A stretch of 64,000 nucleotides of DNA from Candidatus Woesearchaeota archaeon (GTDB taxonomy: Archaea; Nanobdellota; Nanobdellia; Woesearchaeales; DSVV01), in assembly GCA_016192995.1 (NCBI GenBank), contig JACPTB010000001.1, positions 65,110-129,109 on the forward strand, given 5' to 3'. The notes beneath the pieces were generated by a model. That model saw only the letters and a program-made list of their open reading frames with translations. It ran no database searches and had not been told where the DNA came from. The position numbers and the translations under genes are program-made. Below, piece by piece: positions 36,225 to 46,078 of the stretch; position 1 is the first letter of the stretch, and each line of letters begins with the position of its first letter.

Positions 36225-38531
36225 ATGGGTTTAGTAAGTATTGTAAAGAGATTAGCACAGATTATGGGTGTGGTTGGTGGGTTAGCTGCAGCAACACCTG
36301 CCTTTGCTGATGAAACTCCTGAGAGATGTGAATCTGTTCGTACTAATACACCACCATTAATAGAGAGATATAAACAATTATGGTCAGATTTAGATACAGA
36401 TTTAGGACCTCATCTTGCTTCTGCAAGCGAACTAACACAAACTCAATCACAGATGTATGCTTCTCAAACAGATGTTTTGAGAAGAATTGCGCAAAGTAAT
36501 ATTAGAAAAATAGATAGTTTACTACAAGCATTACCCTTAGCAGAAGGACAAGGACATATTGATAGTGGATACACCTGTGTAGATTTAGATGCAAAGTTAT
36601 ACGATATAGAAAAAAGTTTCGAAAGAGCTCAAAAAAAAGCAGATGAGATAAGAGACACGGCCAAACGCCATAAAGAAATTCTAGCTGCCCTTAACCATGC
36701 GGTTTGGACTAGTGATTATAGTAGGTTTCATCAATCTAAACGAGAACTTGCATTCGATCTCTCTAGTGAAACGGATTACACAGAGATAGGTGATATTATT
36801 GCTCAAATTGGTGATTACGCACAAGCTTTGCCTGATTTGACAGGTAACTTAGCTATTGCATCAGACAAAGGTACACCTAAATCACCCCCGTCAAGATCAG
36901 GAACAAGCGGAACAACATATAGTCAAGCACCTTCAAGAACATCAGTTTCATCTTCAACAACATCATTAACACTAGTGCTTGATGCTAATGCAATTCCAAC
37001 AGGAATTGGACAAGATATTATCAATAATAGTTATGCATATGCTGCTGCTCATCCAAAACAAGGAAAATCTCAACCAAGAACAGCTTATCGATCACCTATG
37101 ACAAGATTTTGGGCTTTGTTCAAAGGAGCTAATGCAGAGAAAGCAACAAGACATACTTCAGCTAATGTATTAGACGCAATAATTGAGCAAGGAAGAGATA
37201 CACATTTTTCTTTTTCTGGAATAGGAAGATGTGATTATTTAACAGCAGTAGCTGAAAAAACTAAAGATATATACAATAATGGACGATATCATGGACAATT
37301 TAGAATTAGCGATGTTGAAGTAAAAGGTTGTGATAATACTGAGAAGGTAAAATCAGTTACAACTCCACCATCAAATATGCAACCTCAACAACCTGCTCCT
37401 CCAAATGACAATAAAGTTAGACCAGGAGAAGTACATCCTGATTTTCCTACATTCCCAAAAGAGACACTCGATGCACTTCCTGGAACATCAACTGACAATA
37501 CTTTAGATACTCTTATGAAAACCTATACTGCTCATAACCATGCATTTAGTAATGGTCTTTTGGATGCTCATAAATATGTTGCACAAGTTAAGGCAGCAAT
37601 GAGTAAAGGAAATAATGATCTTTATGTTACTGAAAACGGCAGACTTGCAAGAGCAATCTTAGCAAATGAAGGCAGCTTAGTGCGCAAATATAATGATAGA
37701 ATTGCTGATCTGATGGAAGTTGTTGCTGATACAAGCGATCAACGTGCTTTAGATGAAATTCAACGTGCATTAGTTGATGCAACAGCGCGAAGTTATGTGC
37801 GACGCACACCTAAAGTTTTAGCACAATTAGCAGGAGCAGCATTGGCAGTTGAACAAAAGCAAAAAGCAGTTGCTTCTACTCTTGAAAATAGTGTTGGAGC
37901 AGGCTCAGGTCCTGAACCATTAACACATGATCGTGTTCATTATGCAACTGCACGTTACAAAGCAGATGAAGCTATTGATACTTTACATAGTGCATTGATG
38001 ACTGAGAATTATGATTTAGCTCAAAGATTAGCAGGACGAATGTCACCTCGACAAGTAGTAAAAGCAGAATTAGAAATGAATAGAAGTTATGCTTTAACCG
38101 ATCAACAAAGAGCACAATATGGACGCTTCTTTGAAGGAGCAGAACATGCTGCAAACGAACGTGAAGCTCATGTGCGCGCTCAAGCAAGAGAACAAGAATA
38201 TGCTGAAGATTTAGCGCAACTTGGAAATGCTCCCGGATTAAGAACCCATCGTGTGTATAATCAAGTTCGCGCAGGATTAATTGATGGTAATACTGATGCA
38301 TTGAAAATATTGCAAGAAAATGGTATGTTAACATTACAACATATTACAGCTATTGAAGCTGGTATTGATGGAACTCAATTAACAGCAGCAAAAAGAGCAA
38401 GAATTGCTATGGATCTTGAATTTGTTGAACGGTATTTATTATCACCAGCAACTACACCTCGAGATCCAGCAGCAGCACAAGTAATTGCATTTCCACAAAG
38501 AACTGCTATAATTTATGACAAAGCTGCTTAA
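36225..38531 (+). CDS. large secreted protein of unknown function (Sec signal AFA/DE)
   Basis: N-terminal signal MGLVSIVKRLAQIMGVVGGLAAATPAFADE. 768 aa, Ala/Gln/Thr/Asp-rich, compositionally unlike neighbours. Confidence 0.45.
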   Translation: MGLVSIVKRLAQIMGVVGGLAAATPAFADETPERCESVRTNTPPLIERYKQLWSDLDTDLGPHLASASELTQTQSQMYASQTDVLRRIAQSNIRKIDSLLQALPLAEGQGHIDSGYTCVDLDAKLYDIEKSFERAQKKADEIRDTAKRHKEILAALNHAVWTSDYSRFHQSKRELAFDLSSETDYTEIGDIIAQIGDYAQALPDLTGNLAIASDKGTPKSPPSRSGTSGTTYSQAPSRTSVSSSTTSLTLVLDANAIPTGIGQDIINNSYAYAAAHPKQGKSQPRTAYRSPMTRFWALFKGANAEKATRHTSANVLDAIIEQGRDTHFSFSGIGRCDYLTAVAEKTKDIYNNGRYHGQFRISDVEVKGCDNTEKVKSVTTPPSNMQPQQPAPPNDNKVRPGEVHPDFPTFPKETLDALPGTSTDNTLDTLMKTYTAHNHAFSNGLLDAHKYVAQVKAAMSKGNNDLYVTENGRLARAILANEGSLVRKYNDRIADLMEVVADTSDQRALDEIQRALVDATARSYVRRTPKVLAQLAGAALAVEQKQKAVASTLENSVGAGSGPEPLTHDRVHYATARYKADEAIDTLHSALMTENYDLAQRLAGRMSPRQVVKAELEMNRSYALTDQQRAQYGRFFEGAEHAANEREAHVRAQAREQEYAEDLAQLGNAPGLRTHRVYNQVRAGLIDGNTDALKILQENGMLTLQHITAIEAGIDGTQLTAAKRARIAMDLEFVERYLLSPATTPRDPAAAQVIAFPQRTAIIYDKAA

Positions 38532-38555
38532 AACATTTTTAATGTCTGATTCAGA

Positions 38556-38626
38556 GTACGTAATAAGTCTGGGGTTTTAGCGCCTACTTTTCTGAAGCTT
38601 TTCTATCTTTACGTTGAGGATTTTTC
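38556..38626. mobile_element. truncated family 1 MITE (left half only)
   Basis: GTACGTAATAAGTCTGGGGTTTTAGCGCCTACTTTTCTGAAGC...GGATTTTTCGGAGTTCCAG then the homology ends. Confidence 0.7.
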
Positions 38627-38794
38627 GGAGTTCCAGAAGGTGAAGGAAAGCATTTAGAACAATACAGAAACTCACGAGAGCTTGATGTTGAGGTTGCTGT
38701 TGACAGCTTTGGAAATAGTGTGATAACTCAGTTGTACCTACAAGATAAGCCCTGGATAAAACCTTGAATAGTATTTTTCTTCACTACTGATTAT

Positions 38795-40438
38795 TTACCA
38801 ATATCTTGCTCTCTCTGCTGTTTTTTCTAACGCAGGTAATAATCCTAATAATCCTATATATTGATCTTGTTGTCTTTTAAATTCATTAGGATCTAATGCT
38901 TTAATTTCTTCCATTGCATATTTTATATTTGATAGTATCTCTGGGATTCTGCTTGCCATAAATAATCTTTTCTTTGTATCAAACCAGGCACTGTAAAAAC
39001 ATAAACTTCTAAAAATAACTGAATGTAAATAAGCCATTTTCAAACTCTCAGCCAATGATTTTGATCCAATTAACTCTTCAGGAGTTGATCCCAAGTCCTT
39101 ATATGCTTTAACATATGCTTCTAATCCATTAAAATCATGTTCAAATGTTTTCCCGCAATAATCCCCAAACCGATAAAGATTTGCCACTTCATTTATTAGA
39201 GGAACGCTTGACATCCTTTCTAATTCAAAGTCAACTCTTCCTATTTCAGAAACACCTTTCCTTTTATCAATAACAACTATATATTGTTTAGGATGGGAAT
39301 CTAAGTTAACTACTTCAGGGATATTTTTAAATACTCGAAATATGGTTAAACTAGTGAGAAAATCACAATCACGTGGTTCTAAAAAGCCATATTTACAATA
39401 ACGGTTACTATCTTCAAATCTTTTTTTTAATTCTTTGCTCGGATCAAATTTTCCTAGTACAATAAACTCTTCACCAAGAATGTAATGAAGTTTTCCAGTT
39501 AAAGTTGCAACTTCAGGTAAAAAAGATAATGCAATAGATTTATATTTTCTTGATCTCAATGCCTCATCTAATGTAATTCCTCGTATACGCTCATCGTAAC
39601 GAGCAAATCTTTCGTTGTTGATATACACATAACCAATAGTGTGCGGTAATTTTAATTTAATTCCAGCTTCATCTAATTTTTTTCGAACAATTGTTCGTAC
39701 TCTTGCTTCATTTCTTAATTCTATAAAATTTGATTTTATAACACGAACATTAAGTTCTGTAATATTTCTAGCGTATTTAACTACTTTCACATCAACATCT
39801 CGTCCACCATCACCTAAAGTTTCCTTTACGTCTCCATTTTTCTCGAGCCACACAGCAAATGTTTGATCTAATTGGTTTATTTCTTCAACTCTTCCCAATC
39901 TTGTCAACACTCTTTTAAGACCATCATAATGAAGAGGATTTAAGGTGTAACAAACAAGATATTTTTTATCTTCAGAAACTACACCATATTGAAAAGTAGG
40001 TGAATAATCAAAAGTATTTGGGGAGCTTTGTAGACTATTGTTTAGAGCATCTTCTAAAATTGAATTATGAGAACGATACCATCTAGATCTCATTTTGTCA
40101 AAAGCAAACATTGGTATCCCAAAAAATAATCCCCCTATTATGATTGCGTCTAAAAAAGTTCCCTTGTTTAATGGTGGGTATATTAATGCAGCATATAAGA
40201 AAGCATTTACTTTGCCTGAGGTTTGAAGATCTTCAAATAATTTTTTTAAAACTGATCTTCTTATTTTATCTGAAAATATTATGTGTGATATAGAATATTG
40301 AATAGACGTTTTACCTAAAGAGGAAACTTCTTGATAATCTTCTAACTCAAAAATAGTTATACCATCATCTGTATCGATAGTTAAAAGAAAAGGAGATTCA
40401 CGAACAATATCATCTATACATCTCTGATCCAAAAGCAT
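38795..40438 (-). CDS. hypothetical protein (547 aa) immediately downstream of rps7
   Basis: Long ORF with no Walker A motif and no recognisable signature. Occupies the usual EF-2 position. Confidence 0.45.
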   Translation of the reverse strand: MLLDQRCIDDIVRESPFLLTIDTDDGITIFELEDYQEVSSLGKTSIQYSISHIIFSDKIRRSVLKKLFEDLQTSGKVNAFLYAALIYPPLNKGTFLDAIIIGGLFFGIPMFAFDKMRSRWYRSHNSILEDALNNSLQSSPNTFDYSPTFQYGVVSEDKKYLVCYTLNPLHYDGLKRVLTRLGRVEEINQLDQTFAVWLEKNGDVKETLGDGGRDVDVKVVKYARNITELNVRVIKSNFIELRNEARVRTIVRKKLDEAGIKLKLPHTIGYVYINNERFARYDERIRGITLDEALRSRKYKSIALSFLPEVATLTGKLHYILGEEFIVLGKFDPSKELKKRFEDSNRYCKYGFLEPRDCDFLTSLTIFRVFKNIPEVVNLDSHPKQYIVVIDKRKGVSEIGRVDFELERMSSVPLINEVANLYRFGDYCGKTFEHDFNGLEAYVKAYKDLGSTPEELIGSKSLAESLKMAYLHSVIFRSLCFYSAWFDTKKRLFMASRIPEILSNIKYAMEEIKALDPNEFKRQQDQYIGLLGLLPALEKTAERARYW

Positions 40439-40486
40439 ATTCTAAGAAATACCTTATGCTTTTAATATTTTTATAGAAAAACACAC

Positions 40487-41083
40487 TTACCTGCTCGAAT
40501 CTGCCTGCCGTTCTACTTCGTATTTCTTGGCAATAGCTATAGAGTTACCATTGCATTCAGCAGCATTCACTAGTTCATCTGCTAAAATATCAACAAACTT
40601 CTTTTTAGAATTAAAGCTCTTCTGATAAGAACCTTGAATCATATACCGGATTGTAATATCAATTCTTCTCTGTGGAGCGCATTCAACTGCTTTAGGATAA
40701 CGAGCACCCCCATATTCAATTGTTATAACTTCCTCTCTGGGAGCTGCATTTTCAAGAGCTTTAACTAATACTTCAACAGGATTCTTTTTTGTCTTTTGTT
40801 CAATGATCTTAAGCACCTGCTCCATCAACCGAAAAGCAGTGCCAGCTTTTCCTGTGCAATGATAGGATGTTTTGAAATGTTTTTTTGATTTATGCCCAGG
40901 TATCATAAGCTTGTTCATAAAACGTTCTATGATATTTACTCTTGATTTATGAAACTTATTTCCAGCATATCGCGCACCAGTTCTTGGCACGATTACAGAG
41001 CTTAAACTGATATAATTTCTTAAGCCAGGATCATTAACCTTAATTCCCTGCAAACTCCATTTATTGAATACTTTAATCTCCAT
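40487..41083 (-). CDS. rps7: 30S ribosomal protein S7
   Basis: Conserved S7/uS7 sequence and position after S12. Confidence 0.9.
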   Translation of the reverse strand: MEIKVFNKWSLQGIKVNDPGLRNYISLSSVIVPRTGARYAGNKFHKSRVNIIERFMNKLMIPGHKSKKHFKTSYHCTGKAGTAFRLMEQVLKIIEQKTKKNPVEVLVKALENAAPREEVITIEYGGARYPKAVECAPQRRIDITIRYMIQGSYQKSFNSKKKFVDILADELVNAAECNGNSIAIAKKYEVERQADSSR

Positions 41084-41085
41084 GT

Positions 41086-41523
41086 TTATTTCCTTGCCTT
41101 TTCTAGTTTACCTTTTCGCAATGCGATTAAGCTTTGATCATTAACTTTGATAACTCGCCATCGTGTTCCTGGAATGTCACCCATCGCACGGCCCATTTTT
41201 CCACCAATACATTCGATAATAACTTCATCGTGCTCATCAATAAGCTTTGTAGCGCCATCTCCTGGAAGAAATGCAGTTACCTGCTTGCCATTTTTTATTA
41301 ATTGAATTCTTGCGCATTTACGCATTGCTGAGTTTGGCTGTTTTGCTTCAAGCTGCTTTTTCTCAATAACTATACCTCGAGCTTGTGAACAGCCACCAAG
41401 AGGATCTGATTTTTCCTTTAAGCCCAAAAACTTTCTTTTAAAACGTTTATCAGCTAGTTTAGAGTAAAATCTTCTTTTCCCTAATTTTTTTGCTGTGTTT
41501 AATCCGGATGGTTTGTGTCCCAT
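41086..41523 (-). CDS. rps12: 30S ribosomal protein S12
   Basis: PNSA.RK and GGK..A.GDIPG motifs ([27 protein letters not shown]). Confidence 0.9.
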   Translation of the reverse strand: MGHKPSGLNTAKKLGKRRFYSKLADKRFKRKFLGLKEKSDPLGGCSQARGIVIEKKQLEAKQPNSAMRKCARIQLIKNGKQVTAFLPGDGATKLIDEHDEVIIECIGGKMGRAMGDIPGTRWRVIKVNDQSLIALRKGKLEKARK

Positions 41524-41539
41524 AGTATGTTACCTTTGT

Positions 41540-41968
41540 TTATACAACTTTGATTTCATTGATATTAAAATATCTTTTGGTTATTGCCTCAAAATTCCTT
41601 AAATTTTGAGCAACTCTCCCTATGATTAACCCTCTTGTTTTTGAATCAAGAGGAGTGATCGTGACAATCTCATCTTCAATCTGTATATCCCTTGTTTTTA
41701 ATGGATACAAGACATTTCTTATGAACTGCGATAATTCTGGATTAAACTCCACTATTTTAAGCTTTCTATTTAATTTTGCTTCAAGCGCTTTTACTTTAAC
41801 ACCATTTTTGCCAACTGCATTAAATAGTTGCCCTTGGTCAACCACAAATATCTGCATTTCATGGTTGTCAGTGAAACAATCTTTGACTTTAGCTCCGGTA
41901 AATCGCTCAAAATACTGCATAAGCCCTATGGTTTCAAGATCCAATTTAATTTTCAAGGACTCACCTAC
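41540..41968 (-). CDS. nusA: transcription termination/antitermination factor NusA (archaeal, two KH domains)
   Basis: KIKLDLETIGLMQYFERFTGAKVKDC and GKNG/GRVAQNL KH signatures. A GTG start at 41968 adjoining the L30e stop is more likely than the track ATG at 42010, which overlaps rpl30e. Confidence 0.75.
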   Translation of the reverse strand, partial: VGESLKIKLDLETIGLMQYFERFTGAKVKDCFTDNHEMQIFVVDQGQLFNAVGKNGVKVKALEAKLNRKLKIVEFNPELSQFIRNVLYPLKTRDIQIEDEIVTITPLDSKTRGLIIGRVAQNLRNFEAITKRYFNINEIKVV

Positions 41969-42261
41969 TTGAGCAAACCAACTACAGAGATTGAAAATGG
42001 TTTCTTGCACAATACACCAAGCTCTTCGTTGGTGTATTTTAATTCATGAACATCGCATTTTGTTAATTTTGTATAGTAGTCAACATCTTCTTTAACTGAT
42101 GCTGGACAATTTGACGTAGTAAATACCGTAACCAGCTTCCCAGTTCGCAAGTGAGTTAAAGCTCTTTTTGTTCCAATGATAGCTTTTTTTTTTGCAATAG
42201 CCTCTTGTATCTGGGCAATGTCCTTTTGCAATTCCTTTTTCCTTGCCATATTGTGTAACAA
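41965..42261 (-). CDS. rpl30e: 50S ribosomal protein L30e
   Basis: L30e/L7Ae fold sequence (GKLVTVFTTSNCPASVKEDV). Position between rpoA'' and nusA. Confidence 0.85.
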   Translation of the reverse strand: MLHNMARKKELQKDIAQIQEAIAKKKAIIGTKRALTHLRTGKLVTVFTTSNCPASVKEDVDYYTKLTKCDVHELKYTNEELGVLCKKPFSISVVGLLK

Positions 42262-42297
42262 CTCTGCACTGTTTTTTAAATGTTTACCTTACAAGCT

Positions 42298-43437
42298 TTA
42301 TTTAACCTTGCCTTTAGTATATAATTTGGGCAAGCCTGTTCCAATAGGAACTGGTTGATTAACCATAACATTTTCTACAATACTATTCAAGGGATCTATT
42401 TCACCGCTTAATGCTGCATCCATTAAATGTCTGATAGGAGTTTCGAATGATGCTCTTGCCAAGACACTTGATTTCTCACTTACAACACCATATCGCGTGA
42501 TACCTTTTATTTTTCCTGAAATACTCATAGTATCAGCAACTAACATAATGTGACGGATATCAACGTTTAAACCTTGAGCTTCAATAACTTTAAACACTTC
42601 TTCAACAACTGCCTGCCGCGCTGCTTCTATGCCAAGCACGTCTCCAATTTCAATAACATCATTAGACTTTGTTCTTGTACAATCAACTTTTTCATGATTA
42701 AGCACATCCATCAAATTACTTCCTGCAGTAATAATAATATATTCTTCTCCTTTTTTAACCGGCAGCACTTGAAGAATTCCTTTAATCCCTGAAACGTACA
42801 CATCTTTCAGTTTTTCTTTTAATTTAAATACTGCATTAATAGAATCATCTTTTTTTGGTTTAATAACCAGAAGATTGCTGTCTAATTTAACCGTAATCCC
42901 TCGTATGTTTGCACCAATACTCTTAACAACATCCTCTGATTTTAATTCTAAACGATTAACTTTATCCATATCCAAAGTAACATCTACGGTTGATTTTGCC
43001 ACATTGATTGTGAATTCTTTAGCTAATTCCTTTAATCTGCTTTCCTTAATAGATTCAGCTACTTCACGAATATTTTTTCCCTCGGAAAAAGGTTTTTTCA
43101 AGTAGATCTCCATCATCGGAGTTGATAATGATTTGCTGCAGTCGAGAATTTCAATAATACGCGGCAAACCAGTAGTAACGTTCATCTCAGCTACACCTGC
43201 AAAGTGAAAGGTGTTTAAGGTCATCTGCGTGCCTGGTTCACCAATGGATTCTGCGCTTAACAAACCAACACATTCACCAGCCTCAACCTGACTGTCATGA
43301 TATTCTTGGCATGTTTTTTCCAATATTTTTTTAAGTCTGGTTTTATTAAAACCATGGGTGAGTTCTTTAAGCTCAACTAAAACACTTTCTGGCAATTTAT
43401 CCTTGTATTCATTAAAAAGTTCTTCCATGTGCATCAA
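42298..43437 (-). CDS. rpoA2: DNA-directed RNA polymerase subunit A''
   Basis: Homology to the C-terminal third of the largest RNAP subunit. Follows rpoA1. Confidence 0.9.
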   Translation of the reverse strand: MMHMEELFNEYKDKLPESVLVELKELTHGFNKTRLKKILEKTCQEYHDSQVEAGECVGLLSAESIGEPGTQMTLNTFHFAGVAEMNVTTGLPRIIEILDCSKSLSTPMMEIYLKKPFSEGKNIREVAESIKESRLKELAKEFTINVAKSTVDVTLDMDKVNRLELKSEDVVKSIGANIRGITVKLDSNLLVIKPKKDDSINAVFKLKEKLKDVYVSGIKGILQVLPVKKGEEYIIITAGSNLMDVLNHEKVDCTRTKSNDVIEIGDVLGIEAARQAVVEEVFKVIEAQGLNVDIRHIMLVADTMSISGKIKGITRYGVVSEKSSVLARASFETPIRHLMDAALSGEIDPLNSIVENVMVNQPVPIGTGLPKLYTKGKVK

Positions 43438-43440
43438 CCT

Positions 43441-46041
43441 TTATTGAACTGATTCAACAATATTTTTAACATTAATTTTTCCGCCTTCACTTTTTGCAAC
43501 ACTGACACCATCATCTCCATATTTAAATTGGATTATTTTCTGGGTTGCATCTCTTACCGTACCATCATATTCTACTTTTAAATCCTGCAATGCATTAGAT
43601 AATCTCCGGTAAAGATATCCTGATTTAGGGGTTCTTAATGCTGTATCCATCAGAGAGTCTCTGCCAGTCATAGATGCAAAGAAAAATTCACTTGGCGTTA
43701 ATCCTGATTTAAAACTGCCTCTGATAAAACCACGGCTTGCAGGGCTTAAATCACCTTTTTTATAACAAGACAAGGTTCTTTGCGTATAACCTTTTTCTAT
43801 TCGTTTTCCTCTCATAGCTTGCTGTCCTACGCAACCTGCCATCTGCGCAAGGTTCAAAGGACCACCTCGCGCTCCAGAATCACTCATCATTAATGTTCCT
43901 GTGCCTCGAGAAACATGCTTTGAAACTAATTGTCCTGTCTCGTTTCTTGCTTTATTTAATTTTTCAAGAATTTTTAATTCTAAAGTTTCTGCAACAGTTC
44001 TTCCTGGGAATGCGTCTAATTTGCCTTGCTTGTAAACTTCAATCAATTCATCTACTTCACCATAAGCTTTATTCAATACTTCATTAATAGTATCATGCGC
44101 TTCCTTAGGCAAGTCAGTATCATGCAAAGCAGCAGTAAAACCATGACGCAATAATGTTTCGACTCCTAATCTGAAGATCTTTCCTAAAATTCTGATAGTT
44201 TTTTCTGCGCCATATTGTTTATGCAGCGTACGCAATAATAATCCTGAACCTTCACCAAGATTAGCCTTATCCATAACTCCCCTGAGAAGCACCCCATCCT
44301 TAATTTCAACAAGAGCATCATTTTTCTTATCAATCTCAGGTTTGCCGGTGTATGATTTTGCATGACCTTCGAAATTAAAATCATTTGGCAAAAGAACGCT
44401 GAATATTTCTTTACCGGTAATACGCTCTTTGTTCGGCAACTTTTCGAAGTTAGTTTCCCTGATCGCTAATAATAATTCTATTGCCTGATTTCTTGTTACA
44501 TTCATATACTTTGTAAGAACATAATTTCCTGAAATTGAATCCTGTACACAACCAATAATGCTTAATCCATATCGTGGAGAAATTAATTGTGTTTGTACCT
44601 GCATTAAAATTTGAGCCTCTGCTCGCGCTTCCTGGGTTTGAGGAATATGCAAGTTCATTTCGTCTCCATCAAAATCTGCATTATAAGGAGCGCAAACTGC
44701 AGGATTTAACCTAAATGTTTTGTAGGGAAGCACTCTGATGCGGTGGCACATCATGGACATTCGGTGCAAACTTGGCTGCCGATTGAATACTGCAATATCA
44801 CCATTCATTAAATGCCGTTCAACCGTATAACCTGGCTGCAATTCTTCTAAAAGCTGCTCTTTTGTTTCATCAGTAATTTTTTTCTTCTTTCCATCAGGCC
44901 TGACGATATAATTGCTGCCAGGATAATTTTTAGGCCCACGTTCAACAAATGCGCGGATATATTTAGCATTCCATGCAGTAATAGTTTCCGGGACTGTAAG
45001 CTTCATTGCTACTTCCAAAGGAACTCCTACTTCATCCAAATCAATCATAGGGTCAGGAGAAACTACGGTTCGCGCAGAAAAATTAGTTCTTTTACCTGCT
45101 AAGTTATATCTAATACGGCCTTCTTTGCTTTTAATCCTTGTACTTAATGTTTTTAATGGCTGACCACTTCTGTGCCGGGCAGGAGGTAATTGTGCAACTT
45201 CATTATCAAAATAGGTTGTAATATGATACTGCAATAAGTCCCATAAATCTTCGATAATAATTTCTGGAGCGCCTGCATTAATATTTTCAAATAAACGTTG
45301 ATTAATTCTGACGATATCCCCTAATTTGTGGGTTAAATCATCTTCACTTCTTTCACCTGTTTCCAGCGTGATGCTTGGACGCATGGTTACTGGAGGAATC
45401 ATAAACAAAGTCAACACTGCCCATTCAGGACGGAAAGACTTTGCGTCAATACCAAAAATTAAACAGTCTTCATCAGGAATTTTTTCCAATCTTGATCGAA
45501 TTTCAATAGGAGTAACACGCTTTTCATTTTCAAGAATAGTTGTTGGTTTTTCTACATTAATTTTATACTGCTTTGCTTTGCATCGCGGGCATTTGCTTGC
45601 AGTCTTTAATGATTTAATAATCTCTTTAATTCGTTTTCTTCGCGCAAGCAGACCTGCTTCATTCGTTAATTTTTCAAGCTCATCGCGATGCGCATCTATT
45701 TTGTTTTGAGGAATAAGAATTCGCCCGCACTCGCGGCATGTTGCCTTGAGCAACGTAACAATAACACCAATATAATGAATATGAATAACCGGCCTTGCTA
45801 ATTCAATATATCCAAAATGGCCAAGACTTTCTTTTAATTTTAAGCCGTCAGTTTTACAGGTTAATCCAGGATCAATAACTCCCAAACGAATGTCCATTAA
45901 ACCGCCGTCAACAGGATATCCTTCTTTATCATATAATTCAGGAGTTACAATTTTAGCTACTGCCATCTCTTTAATTATTTTAGGAGACAACACTCCAAAC
46001 TGGATGCTTTTGATCTTTTTGTATACAAATTTTTCATCCAT
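43441..46041 (-). CDS. rpoA1: DNA-directed RNA polymerase subunit A'
   Basis: NADFDGDEMNLH catalytic motif and zinc-binding N-terminus. Confidence 0.95.
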   Translation of the reverse strand: MDEKFVYKKIKSIQFGVLSPKIIKEMAVAKIVTPELYDKEGYPVDGGLMDIRLGVIDPGLTCKTDGLKLKESLGHFGYIELARPVIHIHYIGVIVTLLKATCRECGRILIPQNKIDAHRDELEKLTNEAGLLARRKRIKEIIKSLKTASKCPRCKAKQYKINVEKPTTILENEKRVTPIEIRSRLEKIPDEDCLIFGIDAKSFRPEWAVLTLFMIPPVTMRPSITLETGERSEDDLTHKLGDIVRINQRLFENINAGAPEIIIEDLWDLLQYHITTYFDNEVAQLPPARHRSGQPLKTLSTRIKSKEGRIRYNLAGKRTNFSARTVVSPDPMIDLDEVGVPLEVAMKLTVPETITAWNAKYIRAFVERGPKNYPGSNYIVRPDGKKKKITDETKEQLLEELQPGYTVERHLMNGDIAVFNRQPSLHRMSMMCHRIRVLPYKTFRLNPAVCAPYNADFDGDEMNLHIPQTQEARAEAQILMQVQTQLISPRYGLSIIGCVQDSISGNYVLTKYMNVTRNQAIELLLAIRETNFEKLPNKERITGKEIFSVLLPNDFNFEGHAKSYTGKPEIDKKNDALVEIKDGVLLRGVMDKANLGEGSGLLLRTLHKQYGAEKTIRILGKIFRLGVETLLRHGFTAALHDTDLPKEAHDTINEVLNKAYGEVDELIEVYKQGKLDAFPGRTVAETLELKILEKLNKARNETGQLVSKHVSRGTGTLMMSDSGARGGPLNLAQMAGCVGQQAMRGKRIEKGYTQRTLSCYKKGDLSPASRGFIRGSFKSGLTPSEFFFASMTGRDSLMDTALRTPKSGYLYRRLSNALQDLKVEYDGTVRDATQKIIQFKYGDDGVSVAKSEGGKINVKNIVESVQ

Positions 46042-46078
46042 AATGCAACACCTTTAATTATTCATTATTTTTATTACC

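Noticed and set aside
38795-40438. Divergent EF-2 as explanation for the long ORF after rps7
   Set aside because: No GxxxxGK[ST] P-loop or other translational GTPase motif is present. Size and composition do not fit.
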